From Sedimentisphaerales bacterium (GTDB lineage: Bacteria; Planctomycetota; Phycisphaerae; Sedimentisphaerales; Anaerobacaceae), in NCBI GenBank assembly GCA_963708075.1, contig OY970194.1:6112001-6176000 (forward strand): 64,000 nt of DNA, read 5' to 3'. A program made the position numbers and the translations under genes. Below, piece after piece: positions 40,174 to 51,030 of the stretch (the stretch's first letter is position 1; the number at the start of each line of letters is the position of its first letter). Under the pieces are notes generated by a model. That model was given only the letters and a program-made list of their open reading frames with translations. It ran no database searches and was not told the origin of the DNA.

Positions 40174-41328
40174 GCGGGTCCTTGCCAGGTCTGGCCGAGG
40201 GAATCCGCCAACGGCCAGAAATTCTCATGACTGCCGATCATCTGGACGCCGCGGAGTGCGCCGTTTTCCAGAAGGATGGAGCGATAGACGCATTTCCCGT
40301 CGTCCGACAGGACTTTCTCCTCAAGCTCGTCACCTACAGGCCGGCCGACGGAGTGGAACTCGATATCGGAGTGCTTGAAGGAAAGGGGCGAGAACCGGCT
40401 CGGGGACATAGTTCAGCGGCCTGTCTTGCAGGAAGGCGAGGGCGTTGTCCGCAGCGCTGCGGCCGTGCTGATGTGCCCGTAGGACCGTGGCCGTCCGCAG
40501 GTGATCACGCTGGGCGATATCGCCGCACGCGAAAATCCCAGGCACGGAAGTGCGCAGGTATTCATCGACCACAATCCCCTTGTCGGTTTTTATCGCGGCT
40601 TGTTGGAATAGTGCCAGTTTTCGTGTGGCTCCTACTGTGGTCAGGACCAGATCGCAAGGCAGCTCGGCGGCATCGTCCAGCATGACGCTCAGCCGGCCGT
40701 TCTTCCTCGACATCGCTACGGCGTACCGCCCGGTCAACAGGCGGATGCCTTTTTCCTGCAACCATCGCCCCAGAACGGCAGTGGCCCTGGGGCTGAATTG
40801 CAGCGCCATGGGGCGGTCCATCTTTTCCACGACCGTGACCTCGACCCCGGCCTCGCGGGCGTACAGGGCCGACTCGATCCCGCTGATGCCGCCGCCGAGG
40901 ATAACGAGGTCGCGGGTGGAGCCCAGACGCTCCCGGATGGCCATACTCGCCCCCGCACTCCAAAGGGGGATGACATCGTTGGGGAATTCCTGGATGAACG
41001 CCAAAAGGACGGGACTGGCCCCGGCCGCGATGATCAGGGCGTCAAACAGCTCTTCCTTTCCGCCGGCCGTGATGGCCTTGGCGTGAACATCGATGTGGAT
41101 CACTGGGGCGTTCAGCCGCAGATCGACGCCGTTTTCGTGGTACCACTTCTGCGGCCGCAATTGTATCCCCTCCATCTCGACCCGCCCGAACGCCAGCGCC
41201 ACCACCCGCGGTCGAAAATACGGATACACCGCCTCCTGCGAAAACAGCACCACCTCGGCCCCCCGGCTCTGCGCATGCCGCGCCACCTCCACCCCCGCAT
41301 GTCCCGCCCCAACAATCCCAATCCGCAT
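40170..41328 (-). CDS. FAD-dependent pyridine nucleotide oxidoreductase (NirB/rubredoxin reductase-like); +1 frameshift at ~40393
   Basis: IVGAGHAG; ILGGGISGIE; TSVPGIFACGD; C-terminal domain in a second frame. Confidence 0.82.
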
Positions 41329-41396
41329 CGAAATTCCCTTCGATTCAAGTCAACTGTTCTGAGCCCATCTATCCGGTCGAGCAACAGCCCTCCGTC

Positions 41397-41470
41397 ATGT
41401 CATTCCCGCGAAGGCGGGAATCCAGACACGCACCGAAGGTCCTGGACCCCCGCCTGCGCGGGGGTGACAT
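41397..41470. repeat. GTCATTCCCGCG-type palindromic element (dRS3/RPE-like)
   Basis: ATGTCATTCCCGCGAAGGCGGGAATCCAG ... CTGGACCCCCGCCTGCGCGGGGGTGACAT. Confidence 0.75.
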
Positions 41471-41490
41471 ACTGTGGGCTACTCCAACAT

Positions 41491-41562
41491 CACGTCCGCG
41501 CTCGCGTGGACATGCCCGGTCCAGGGAGAGAACATGCTTACGCGAGCGTAAGAATGGCACCC
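41491..41562. repeat. Degenerate copy of the GGGTGCCATG REP-like doublet
   Basis: CATGCTTACGCGAGCGTAAG identical to the 9298-9375 element; ends TGGCACCC. Confidence 0.7.
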
Positions 41563-41683
41563 GTCCATTTTACGCTCTCAAGTACCCAGAAACGATCTGA
41601 AATGCAAGCAGCCAGATGGGATACGCGGGGCGTCGCGCAGTGTGCGTTGCAGTCTCACGCCTGAAGACCCGCTCCGTCACAGG

Positions 41684-43021
41684 CTATCTCTTGGGCAAGG
41701 CGGGAGGTGGTGGGGTCGGAGCGGGGTGGGTGTCCTTCAACCAGTGACTCGCCATGATCGCCCAATCCGCAAAATCCACCCGGCAGTCACCGTTAATGTC
41801 ACCGGGGATCATCGTCTCACAGATTGGCTCGCCGAAGTAAGATTTGCTCGCCTCCGGCGTTCCACCATACACGCCCAAATTGATCCGCCCGCTGTTCGGG
41901 AACGGTTCCACGCCGAGGGGACTGGCTGGATCACCGGCGTCAATGGCGGGACTTGTTACATCGTCCTTGACCCAACTCCTGCTGACCGGGTCCCAGCGTC
42001 CAGCCTGGCTCTTCAAGTGGTAATCACCTTGGACCCAGAAGTCATCGGTTAGGTCATCCGGCGTGCCGTTCGGGTCCCAGTAGTCGGCGCGGGCAAAGAG
42101 CTGATCAAGCGGTGGACACTCAACACCCTTGGGTTTGCATGACGAGGAGGCGATGCCCACGAGACTGTATGCGATCCGGCAGTATATGGACGGGTCCCTT
42201 GCATATTGCGGCTGCGGAGAGCCAATATCAATATTAGCGTTTTCGCACACGATGGAATTGCGCATTGTCAGCAAACCCGAACCAAATATCCCACCAAATG
42301 TCGGCGCGGAGTTCCCTGAGATCGTGCAGTTCACTATGGTGATGGGTCCACACGCCAAGGCCCCGCCGGTCCCGGTTGTACGATTGCCCGTGATCAGGCA
42401 ATTGGTGAGCGTCGCAGGTGACGCCCTGATCAATACTCCCCCTCCCGTTCCCGAGATTCCCTTGGCCGCCATGTCCGGAGAAGGGGCCATGTTGCCGGAA
42501 ATGACACAATTCGCGATAACCACTTCAGAACAGTCCCGGCATGCAATCCCACCACCCATTCGGGCGTTATTGCCGACAATTATGCAATTCACGATGCGTG
42601 GACTGCCACCGTAACAGTATATTCCACCCCCCTCCACGGCGCCATAAGCCCCTGTTATCGTAAAGCCTTCAAGGGTACGTGTGGGACTCTTGGCATCATC
42701 CCCAAAGAGGACGAAGCCCTGGCGACGTTGGGACGGGTTGCCACCGCAGTTGATGATACAGCTTTGAGGACCTCTCTCGCTCTTGATCGTGATGGCCTTT
42801 GCGTAAACACGGATGTCCCGGTTACCGTCGTCGGTGCAGGTGCCGGGGGCGACGAGGACTACGTCGCCGTCGTTGGCGTCATCGATGGCGGCTTGGATGG
42901 TTGGGTAATCCGCCGGGCCGTTGTTGTTCACGGTGATGGTTCTGGCGAATGTGGCTGCGGTGAGGCTCAGGGCCAGGGCGAACACACTTTCCGCAAATCC
43001 CGGGGTCTTGTTTCGCTCCAT
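41684..43021 (-). CDS. Secreted right-handed beta-helix protein with C-terminal dockerin-like domain
   Basis: YPTIQAAID; GGGI / NCxIxGN repeats; DYHLKSQAGRW; GDINGDCRVDFAD. Confidence 0.85.
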   Translation of the reverse strand: MERNKTPGFAESVFALALSLTAATFARTITVNNNGPADYPTIQAAIDDANDGDVVLVAPGTCTDDGNRDIRVYAKAITIKSERGPQSCIINCGGNPSQRRQGFVLFGDDAKSPTRTLEGFTITGAYGAVEGGGIYCYGGSPRIVNCIIVGNNARMGGGIACRDCSEVVIANCVISGNMAPSPDMAAKGISGTGGGVLIRASPATLTNCLITGNRTTGTGGALACGPITIVNCTISGNSAPTFGGIFGSGLLTMRNSIVCENANIDIGSPQPQYARDPSIYCRIAYSLVGIASSSCKPKGVECPPLDQLFARADYWDPNGTPDDLTDDFWVQGDYHLKSQAGRWDPVSRSWVKDDVTSPAIDAGDPASPLGVEPFPNSGRINLGVYGGTPEASKSYFGEPICETMIPGDINGDCRVDFADWAIMASHWLKDTHPAPTPPPPALPKR

Positions 43022-43326
43022 GTTTCTGCCTCCTTCATGTGAATAGATGATTCCAACGACTCATGATGCCGCACCCCCAGGTACAGACAATCAGCGCGGA
43101 CGGTAATTCGCTGTACGAAGGTGGGCGAATATGAAAGAGGCTACAAAAATATGATGACGACCAGGAATATGATAGTGTTCCCGGCCCGCCTTCGTGTGTC
43201 AGTTGTTACCAGTATCTTACAGCTTCCGCCGCGGGCGTGCAAGGATATTCGCGTGTATGCCGGCCGGTTGATAGAATGAAGCCTAGGTTTTCATTCGGGG
43301 AAAAGGCGACTCGCTTGGGAGTTGTT

Positions 43327-44460
43327 ATGGGGAATCGCGAACCCGTGCAGAGCAGGGGGGTGTCCCGTGCAGGGGGCCTCATTACCCGGCGGCGGGTGGT
43401 TGCGGCGGCGTACCTCCTCACCTTGGTAGCAATAGGCCTGCTGTCTGTGTACCTGTTGCGGCTTGGGCCAAGCGCAAACTCATGGCTTGGAGCGATTGAC
43501 GCCGCCCACGCCGTGCCGGAGGAACAGAACGCTGCCAGGGACTATGCGCTGCTTGCCTCAAACGACACGGGAACCTTCCTCGACCCGCAACTTCTGGCGC
43601 AGAACGTCCGGACGGCGACGCTGGAAAAGCCCTGGCGAAGTGCCGATTTTCCCGAAGCCGCCACGTGGGTCCGGGAACGCCAGGCGATCATCGACACGCT
43701 GCTGCAGGCCGCCCGAAAGCCCAAGTGTTGGTTCCCGCTTGCCGATGGGTACAGGCGGAGTGGGGGACGATTCCATGTGGGCTACTACGGAACGCTTCTT
43801 CTGCTGCGGGCCGTCAATAATGATCTCGCCGAGGGACGCACGGAGGCGGGCATGGAGAAGCTGCTGTGCGTCCTTCAAATGGCGGAACACTTTCGCTCCC
43901 AGATGGATTTACGGGATCGCTACACCGGGATGTCCGTTGCATCGGAAGGGCTGAAGCGATTGAACAGACTGCTCGTCACCGAGGAGGTGCCGCAGGAGTG
44001 GCTGGCGAGGTTCGAAGCGGCCTTGCCGCCGGTAAGGGACGTGCGGGATAAGGAACTCCGGCAGTTGCAGGAGATCGAAGAGCTGCGCGTGCGCACATAC
44101 CTGCCTTTTCGCGAACGGCTCCTGCGCGTATTCACGGCCGGTTCGTCCGCCCGGTACATGCGGCAGACAACTGCCGCCCATCTCGCCGAGTTCCGGGCCG
44201 CACGAATTCTCCTGGCGCTTCGCCGTCACAAGGAGCGGACCGGCGCCTGGCCCGCGACACTTGCCGAGATCGAGGGACAAATCCCGCGTGAGGCGTTGAT
44301 CGATCCTCTCACCAGGAAACCGTTCATCTACCGCCCAACCGGGGACAGCCTGATCCTGTACAACGTCGGGCCGAACAGGATCGCTGAGGGCGGCGAGTCC
44401 GGCGACGATTACCGTTTCTGGCCGCCGTCGGGTCGTTGGGCCGGCAGTGTGAAGTACTAA
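43327..44460 (+). CDS. Membrane-anchored hypothetical protein with GspG-like C-terminal motif
   Basis: TM helix; LALRRHKERTGAWPATL...DPLT...LYNVGPN...DD. Confidence 0.65.
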   Translation: MGNREPVQSRGVSRAGGLITRRRVVAAAYLLTLVAIGLLSVYLLRLGPSANSWLGAIDAAHAVPEEQNAARDYALLASNDTGTFLDPQLLAQNVRTATLEKPWRSADFPEAATWVRERQAIIDTLLQAARKPKCWFPLADGYRRSGGRFHVGYYGTLLLLRAVNNDLAEGRTEAGMEKLLCVLQMAEHFRSQMDLRDRYTGMSVASEGLKRLNRLLVTEEVPQEWLARFEAALPPVRDVRDKELRQLQEIEELRVRTYLPFRERLLRVFTAGSSARYMRQTTAAHLAEFRAARILLALRRHKERTGAWPATLAEIEGQIPREALIDPLTRKPFIYRPTGDSLILYNVGPNRIAEGGESGDDYRFWPPSGRWAGSVKY

Positions 44461-44467
44461 TGCATCA

Positions 44468-46601
44468 CTAATCAGCGGCAATCGTCGCGTCGGTGATCTC
44501 GAAGGCCCAGGCGTGCTCGCAGGGAGGGGACTTCCGGATGCTCTGCTGGATCGTGATGAACAGGCCGCTATCACCAACCTTCCATTCCACTGCGACCGCG
44601 GAGCCGAGCAGACGGACGGATTTGGCGCTTCGGACCGGCGGAATCTGGATTCGTTCCGGGGGCGCTGTCTGTCCTTCTTCGGCGAGGTAGATCGCATAGG
44701 CGGTATTTGCCTTATGGGTCAGGCACACCTGGCCGACCTTGTACGGTGGCACAGGGCGCGTGCCGTAAATCGCGTTGCCGTTGACCTGCATCCACTTGCC
44801 GATCTCCTTCATGCGCTGCACGGCGGGCTCAGGCAGCTCGCCGTTGGGGTCTGGGCCGACGTTGAGCAGGAAATTGCCGCCCTTGGCCACGATGTTGACG
44901 AGCAGGTGGATGAGCTGTCGCGTGGATTTGTAGTTGTCGTCGGGCTTGTACGACCACTGCGTGGCCATGGTCATGCAGGTCTCCCAGATATAGGGCTGGG
45001 CCTTCTCGGGCACCTCCTGCTCCGGCGTGACATAATTCTCGTACCGGCCGCCGACCGTGCGATCGACGACGATCAGGCCGGGCTGGTGACTCCTGGCCAT
45101 CGTGGCCAGCTTTGGCATGTTGATATCCTGTTGGGGCGGACGGACCTGGCCGCCGTCGAGCCACAGGATGTCCACCGGGCCGTAGTTCGTCATCAGCTCT
45201 TCGACGATGTTGTGCGTAAAACCGACGAAGGTAGCCCACTTCTCCGGGTACTTGCTCGTATCGTAGTTGACGTTGCGGTCAGGGTGCGGCCAGTCGGGCG
45301 ACCAGTAGCCCGGATGGTGCCAGTCGGATTTGGAGTAGTACGCGCCGATGCCGAACCCTTCCGCGCGGAACGTGTCAAAGACGGCCTTGACCACGTCGGC
45401 CTTCGGATTCGTGTGGAACGGGCAGGATGGATCGGTCGTGCGATAGTCCGTCTGCTTCGTGTCGAACATGCAGAAGCCGTCGTGGTGCTTCGTCGTGAAG
45501 ACGACATACTTCATGCCGGCCTCTTTCGCGGCGGTCACCCATTTGCCTGGGTCAAAACGCTGCGGGTTGAAGGTCGTGTTGAGGGCCACATAATCGCGGA
45601 AGAACCATTTGAAGTCCTTGTCCCTTTCGGTCCAGGCCTTGAGGTCGTCCGGCCGGGCCCACTTGTCCGCCTCCACCAGCGGCCACGACTCGATGCAACC
45701 CCACTGGCTGTAGATGCCCCAGTGCATCATGAACCCGAACTTCCAGTCCTGGAAACGATCAAGCTTGTCCAGCACGAGCGGATCGGTTCTCCTGGTCCTG
45801 CGGCGATTGCTTGTCGCGCGGAGGGTAGGAGAGGTAGCTCGCGAGGATGCGGCCGAGGATCTGCTCGCCTCGCTCGTTGGCGTGCACGGGGTCGCGCTTG
45901 AACCAGTCGAGGTCTTTTCCGCATTGCCGGATGTACTGGCCCCAGGCAGCCTCAATGTCGAGGAACGCCGCACCCATTTCCTGGGCCAGATCCTCCAGGC
46001 CCTTGCGATATTCCGTATATTGGTTCGGATCGCTGATCGTCTGCCACGACCGCTCGTTGCGTGGATCGGTCTGCCCGAAAGCGCCCGTCATGAGCAGGAT
46101 GTCGGCCTGCGTGGTGCCACGGATCTGCCGGATCACTTCACGGATGGAGCTGATATCGTTCCGATGGCTAATGCCGCCGATGATGACCAGGTCGGGCCTG
46201 TGGTCGAGCACGTACTCCTTCACCCGGCCGGGCTCCTTGTACCACCAGCAGCCGGTGGACCCGCGCACGGAGGCGACCTTCTCGATCCAGCAGGTGGGAT
46301 GGCGTCGCTCCACCAGGAGATTCCAGCACGAGCGGCTGGTGTCATTGACAATGCTGTCGCCAAGCATGACGACGCGAAGTGTCCCGCCGCCGAGCAACCG
46401 CTCTTTCGTTCTGGGCAGGCGCTCCCAGCGGTCCGTGGGCGGCGTGTACTGCACCGGGGGCATCTCCGCATACGTCTTTTGAATCTCCTCCAGGGTCCGC
46501 TCGTTGCCGCGAATGATGTATGCGTCGCCGGCCGCCGCGACGAGCGATGTCAGGAAAAGGGTAAACGTCACTGCCAATGAAGCACACGATGTCGGAGTCA
46601 C
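44468..46601 (-). CDS. SGNH hydrolase fused to GH29 alpha-L-fucosidase; +1 frameshift at ~45787
   Basis: GDSI...DPVHAN; HWGIYS, TTKHHDGF, LWLDG, NFLLNVGP; removing one base gives a continuous QDQETDPLVLDK junction. Confidence 0.8.
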
Positions 46602-46780
46602 TTGTTCTCTCCTGCTGACTTGCGATGCAAAGACCGTTCGTACCGATAAAACCCCGCAATATCCATCATCATATGTGCTGACCGGCAAACACGCAATTGC
46701 GATGTTGCCGCCTGTGCGTACAATCAGGCAGGGATGCAGTATCTTGTGTCTCCATCAGGCGCGTTGCTGGGGGGTAGCAT

Positions 46781-47963
46781 ATGAACAGGGCCACGTCTAT
46801 TGGCGTTCTTGTCGTGTGTGTTTGCGCATTGCCGGCGTCGTGCCAGGATCGTCAGGCCGATCGTGCCGTCGATCCGGCGATCCAGGTGCGGGAGGGCTTC
46901 CGATTGAGCATGGCCATGGCGGACATCGAGAGGGCCCGGTTCATGGCGTTCGGCCCGGATGGCACGTTGTTCATCTCTCTGCCCGACGCCGGGCAGATCA
47001 AGGCGTGCCGGGATGAAAACGGCGACGGGTTCTATGAGAAGATGGCGATATTCGTGAAGGACCATCGGACCGTTCAGGGGTTGTTCTGGCACGACGGTTG
47101 GCTGTGGTTCTCGGAGAGCGGTGCCATTTTCAAGGCCCGCGACACAAATGGCGATGGCGTCGCGGACGAACAGCAAGCGGTGATCCCGGAGGGCCAACTC
47201 CCGAAGGGCGGGCACTGGTGGCGCTCGATCCTCATTCACAACGGCCGGCTGTACACCAGTATCGGCGACAGCGGCAATATCACCGACGAAACCGGCACCG
47301 ACAGACAGAAGATCTGGACGTACAGCCTCGACGGCAAGGATAAGAAGCTGTTCATCTCCGGCATCCGCAACACGGAGAAACTCGTGGTCCGGCCGGGCAC
47401 GGACGAGATCTGGGGCATGGACCACGGCAGCGACTGGTTCGGCCGTGAGATCGAGGGCGAGAACAACCCGCACGGCCAGCCCATCACCGACCTGAACCCG
47501 CCGGACGAGATGAACCTTTACATCGAAGGCGGCTTCTACGGTCATCCTTTCGTCGTCGGCAACAAGGTCCCCCGCTACGAGTACATGAAGCGGCCCGACA
47601 TCGTCGAACTGGCCGCAGGAACCATTCCGCCCGCCTGGTCCACCGGCGCCCACTGGGCTCCCAACGCCATGACGTTCTACACGGGCAAGCAGTTCCCGGA
47701 GGAATATCGCGGCGACGCGCTTCGTTGCCTACCACGGCTCATGGAACCGTCAGCGACGCGCGGGCTATTGCGTCACGCGCGTCCTGTTCGACCAGGGCCG
47801 ACCCTACGGCGAGTTGACCTATGTGAACTTCCTGACGAGCCAGGGGAAGGTCCTCGGCCGGCCGGTGGACGTCGTCGTCGCTCCCGACGGCTCGCTGTTG
47901 ATCAGCGACGACGAAAGGGGACGTATCTACCGCCTGAGCTACACGGGGAAACGGACGCCATAG
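46781..47963 (+). CDS. PQQ-dependent sugar dehydrogenase (glucose/sorbosone family); +1 frameshift at ~47720
   Basis: GIRN; PPDEMN; AHWAP; next frame FVAYHGSWNR...GRPVDV...DGSLLISDD...IYR ending at TAG 47961-47963. Confidence 0.82.
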
Positions 47964-48086
47964 GAAAAGGCCGCAGCCACGGGGGCATTGTACTTTTTCC
48001 CAACCTGCTCACCGCGGCTGTGATTAAGACAGAATACGCCCGGACTACAGGTTCCGAAGAGCTGTTCCTGACCGCTACCCTGTTTG

Positions 48087-48815
48087 TCACAGGACTTGGA
48101 CGACGGCGAAGATGAGGAGGAAACCGGCGAGAGTGGACAGGAGCGAGACCAGGGGTGGATTCTTCTCGTGGGCCTCCGGCAGCAGGTCGCTGGCGCCAAG
48201 GTAGAGGAAGCCGCCGGCGAAGAAGGGCAGCAGGTACACGAGATACCACTGTGGAGGGGCGACGAACAGGGTGGTGGTTGCGCCGAGCACCGGCGCGACG
48301 GCGTCGACGATCAGCATCCGCAGGGAGGAGCGCAGGGAGTTGCCGGCATCGAGCATCACCGTCACGGTGTTCATCCCGTCGGAGAAATCGTGCGTGATGA
48401 CGGCCAGGGCGACGAGCAGCCCGGCCTGCACGTCCACCTGGAAACCTAAGCCGATGGCGAAGCCGTCCATGAAGCTGTGGATGGACAACTCCGATGCGCC
48501 GTACCAGCCCGCCTGTGGATGGCGGACATTGCGGCACTGGCCGCCCTCGCAGATCCGGTGCACCGAGATGTAGCGGTCCAGGGTGAGGAGGAACACGAAT
48601 CCCGCCGCCACGACGTACATGACGTGCCGGGGCGGGATATCCGCCTGTATGCCGAGCGTCAACGCCTCGGGCAGCAGGTCGAATAGAGGTACGGCAATCA
48701 GTACGCCTGCCACGAATGCCGCGAGAGCGCCAAACCGGCTCCGCAGTTTTGCCGCCGCCAAGCCGCCTGTCATCGTAGACACAAACGCCACAGCGCTGAA
48801 AATGACCGCATCCAT
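48087..48815 (-). CDS. ZIP family metal transporter
   Basis: LLPEA; HSFMDG; HDFSDG; AGGFLY. Confidence 0.9.
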   Translation of the reverse strand: MDAVIFSAVAFVSTMTGGLAAAKLRSRFGALAAFVAGVLIAVPLFDLLPEALTLGIQADIPPRHVMYVVAAGFVFLLTLDRYISVHRICEGGQCRNVRHPQAGWYGASELSIHSFMDGFAIGLGFQVDVQAGLLVALAVITHDFSDGMNTVTVMLDAGNSLRSSLRMLIVDAVAPVLGATTTLFVAPPQWYLVYLLPFFAGGFLYLGASDLLPEAHEKNPPLVSLLSTLAGFLLIFAVVQVL

Positions 48816-48843
48816 ACTCTACCCCATCCATACCCGTGCAACT

Positions 48844-48873
48844 GTACGGGCGGGCTTGAAACCCGCCCCCTAC
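48844..48873. repeat. GTAG-type REP palindrome
   Basis: Minus strand GTAGGGGGCGGGTTTCAAGCCCGCCCGTAC. Confidence 0.7.
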
Positions 48874-48875
48874 CA

Positions 48876-50996
48876 CTATTCCGTCCGCACCGCCTGGGGA
48901 CGGGGGCCGATCTTATCGAACGGGATCGGATCGAAGCCCAGTTTGAACGCGGGGGAATCGGCCTTGAGGCGGAAGTTGCCATTGGCGGCATCGACAAAGA
49001 GCGGGTCGGTGTCCGTCAGGTTGTCGCGGCTCTCGGCCATCTCGGGCTTGGCGCCCCAGGTGATATTCAGGAGCTTGCTGCCGACGCAGATGTTGCGGGC
49101 GACGAGGACATTGCCGGGCGGCACGCCGTCATCTTTGGCGTAGTATGGTTCCAGAGCCGCCAGCTCCGGGTATCGAGTGCTGTAGGGCGGCTGCTTCCAG
49201 TTCATTTCTTCCAGCCGCTGCTTCATTGTTTTGTAGACCATATCGTGCCAGACGGGGGCGGTGCTCAGGCCTCGACCGTCCAGCTCGACCGCCGGGTCAC
49301 AATCGACGAAGATATTGTTTTCGACGCGGAAGTCCCTTCCGCCGCCGAGGAAGACGGCCCGGTGCAGCTTCCACAGCACGTTGCCGTAGATGAGCGTGCC
49401 GCTGACGCAATCGTCCATGTAGATGCCCATGGAGCCCATGCCGACGCCGCCGGTGTGGTGAATGAAGTTGTGGCGGATGATATTGCCGCGATAGGTGTAG
49501 TCCCGGCCGGTGTAGATCGCGCCCACATCGCCTGTTTCGAGACAGACGTGGTGAATCTCGTTGCGCTCGATCACGTGCTCATTGCCGTTGAAGAGGATCG
49601 CGCAGTGCGGATGGTCGTGAATCAGATTGTTGGAGGCGCGAACGCCGACGCCGGCGATCAGGATGGCCGGGGCGTAGCAGCGCGACCACCGTGCGATGTG
49701 ATGAATGTGATTGTTCTCTACGATGTGCCCGGCAGCGGCCAGGCTCTTGCGGTCGCCGCCGCTGACGGAGACGCCGCCGTCGCCGGTTTCGTAGATGGTG
49801 CAGCCATCGACGACGTGATTTGTGCCTTCATCGATGACGACGCCATAGTTGCCGAGATCGCCGAGGGTGCAGCCCACGACGCGGTCATTGTCTCCGCCGG
49901 CGATTCGAACGCCGGTTCCCCGGGCGCATTCGATAGTCAGGCCCTGGATGGTGACGTGCGAGGCGCCGTTGACATGGATCATGGGACTCTCGACGATGGA
50001 GACCATAGCCCGGCCCTGCTCGATTGCCTGCGGGGGCCAGAAGTAGAGGATGCCGGAAGCACGGTCCAGGTACCACTCGCCCGGCTCGTCCAATTCCTCG
50101 AGGATATTGAGAAAGAAGAATCGTCCGCCGTGGCCGCCGGCGCGGAAGCCGTAGTGGCCGTAGGGCGGACTCGTCTTGATCAGCCGCTTGTCCAGGTCGA
50201 TGGAGGCGATGTGCTCATAGGAGTTCGCCCAGTCGTAGGCCCAGTAGCCGTGAATCCAGATGTCGCTGGTGTCACGCCACCGCGAGGGTCGGTCGCCCTC
50301 GTAGCTGAACCCGCCCTCCAGTTTGCCGAGCTTGCCCCCGTGCTCATCTCCGACGCCGTCCGGGTAGCCAACGATCTTCGTAAAGTCGGCGTTTGGCCAG
50401 CGGGCCAGAGTCATCGGCTTGCCTGCGAAGAACAGCTCCAGTCCGGCCGGTGTCACCGGGCGTCCGAAACCCCGGCTGCTCAACCGGCCGAAGTTCGTGA
50501 CCCCGAGGGCCTTCAAGTCCGCCTGCAGGATGTTGCCGTTGGCGGCCGGGTCGAGCCTGTTCAGAATGGCAGGGTTTTCGACCTTACGCCACATCCTGAT
50601 TTCCCGCCCCCCAATCAGCCGCACATTCTTCGTCTCCGACGCCCGATACACGACCGGCGATTCCGCCGTCCCCGAGTCCTCCGCCGTCAGTTCAAAGCTC
50701 TGCTCAAGGCAGTAGTCCCCCGGGCGAATCCACACGATAATACCGCCGACCGGCAAGCCTGCGGCCTTCTTCATCTCGCGGATCGCCTGCCGAGCCGCCC
50801 CGAGCGTAGCAAAGGGACCATCCGTCCGCCCCTCATTCAGCGAGTCCAACCTACCCGACCAGGAGTCATTTCCCTGCGGCGAAACATACAGGCTGACCGG
50901 TTCCGCCGGCGCGCGGCTGGTGTGCAGAAAGGTCAGAGCAAACAATGCCGCCACCAGCATCTTCATGCGCCGGACGTGCTTTGCGATCATCGCCAT
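48876..50996 (-). CDS. Secreted right-handed beta-helix (pectin-lyase fold) protein
   Basis: YVSPQGNDSWSG...GPFATL; LARWPN; ELDEPGEWY; DVGAIY; GIYMDD. Confidence 0.85.
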   Translation of the reverse strand: MAMIAKHVRRMKMLVAALFALTFLHTSRAPAEPVSLYVSPQGNDSWSGRLDSLNEGRTDGPFATLGAARQAIREMKKAAGLPVGGIIVWIRPGDYCLEQSFELTAEDSGTAESPVVYRASETKNVRLIGGREIRMWRKVENPAILNRLDPAANGNILQADLKALGVTNFGRLSSRGFGRPVTPAGLELFFAGKPMTLARWPNADFTKIVGYPDGVGDEHGGKLGKLEGGFSYEGDRPSRWRDTSDIWIHGYWAYDWANSYEHIASIDLDKRLIKTSPPYGHYGFRAGGHGGRFFFLNILEELDEPGEWYLDRASGILYFWPPQAIEQGRAMVSIVESPMIHVNGASHVTIQGLTIECARGTGVRIAGGDNDRVVGCTLGDLGNYGVVIDEGTNHVVDGCTIYETGDGGVSVSGGDRKSLAAAGHIVENNHIHHIARWSRCYAPAILIAGVGVRASNNLIHDHPHCAILFNGNEHVIERNEIHHVCLETGDVGAIYTGRDYTYRGNIIRHNFIHHTGGVGMGSMGIYMDDCVSGTLIYGNVLWKLHRAVFLGGGRDFRVENNIFVDCDPAVELDGRGLSTAPVWHDMVYKTMKQRLEEMNWKQPPYSTRYPELAALEPYYAKDDGVPPGNVLVARNICVGSKLLNITWGAKPEMAESRDNLTDTDPLFVDAANGNFRLKADSPAFKLGFDPIPFDKIGPRPQAVRTE

Positions 50997-51030
50997 ATTC
51001 CCCTTCCGTTCAAAATGAGATGCTGCTCCA

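Noticed and set aside
47720..48115. C-terminal extension of the PQQ dehydrogenase ORF as given in the ORF track
   Set aside because: Out-of-frame read-through; the conserved C-terminus is in another frame ending at 47963
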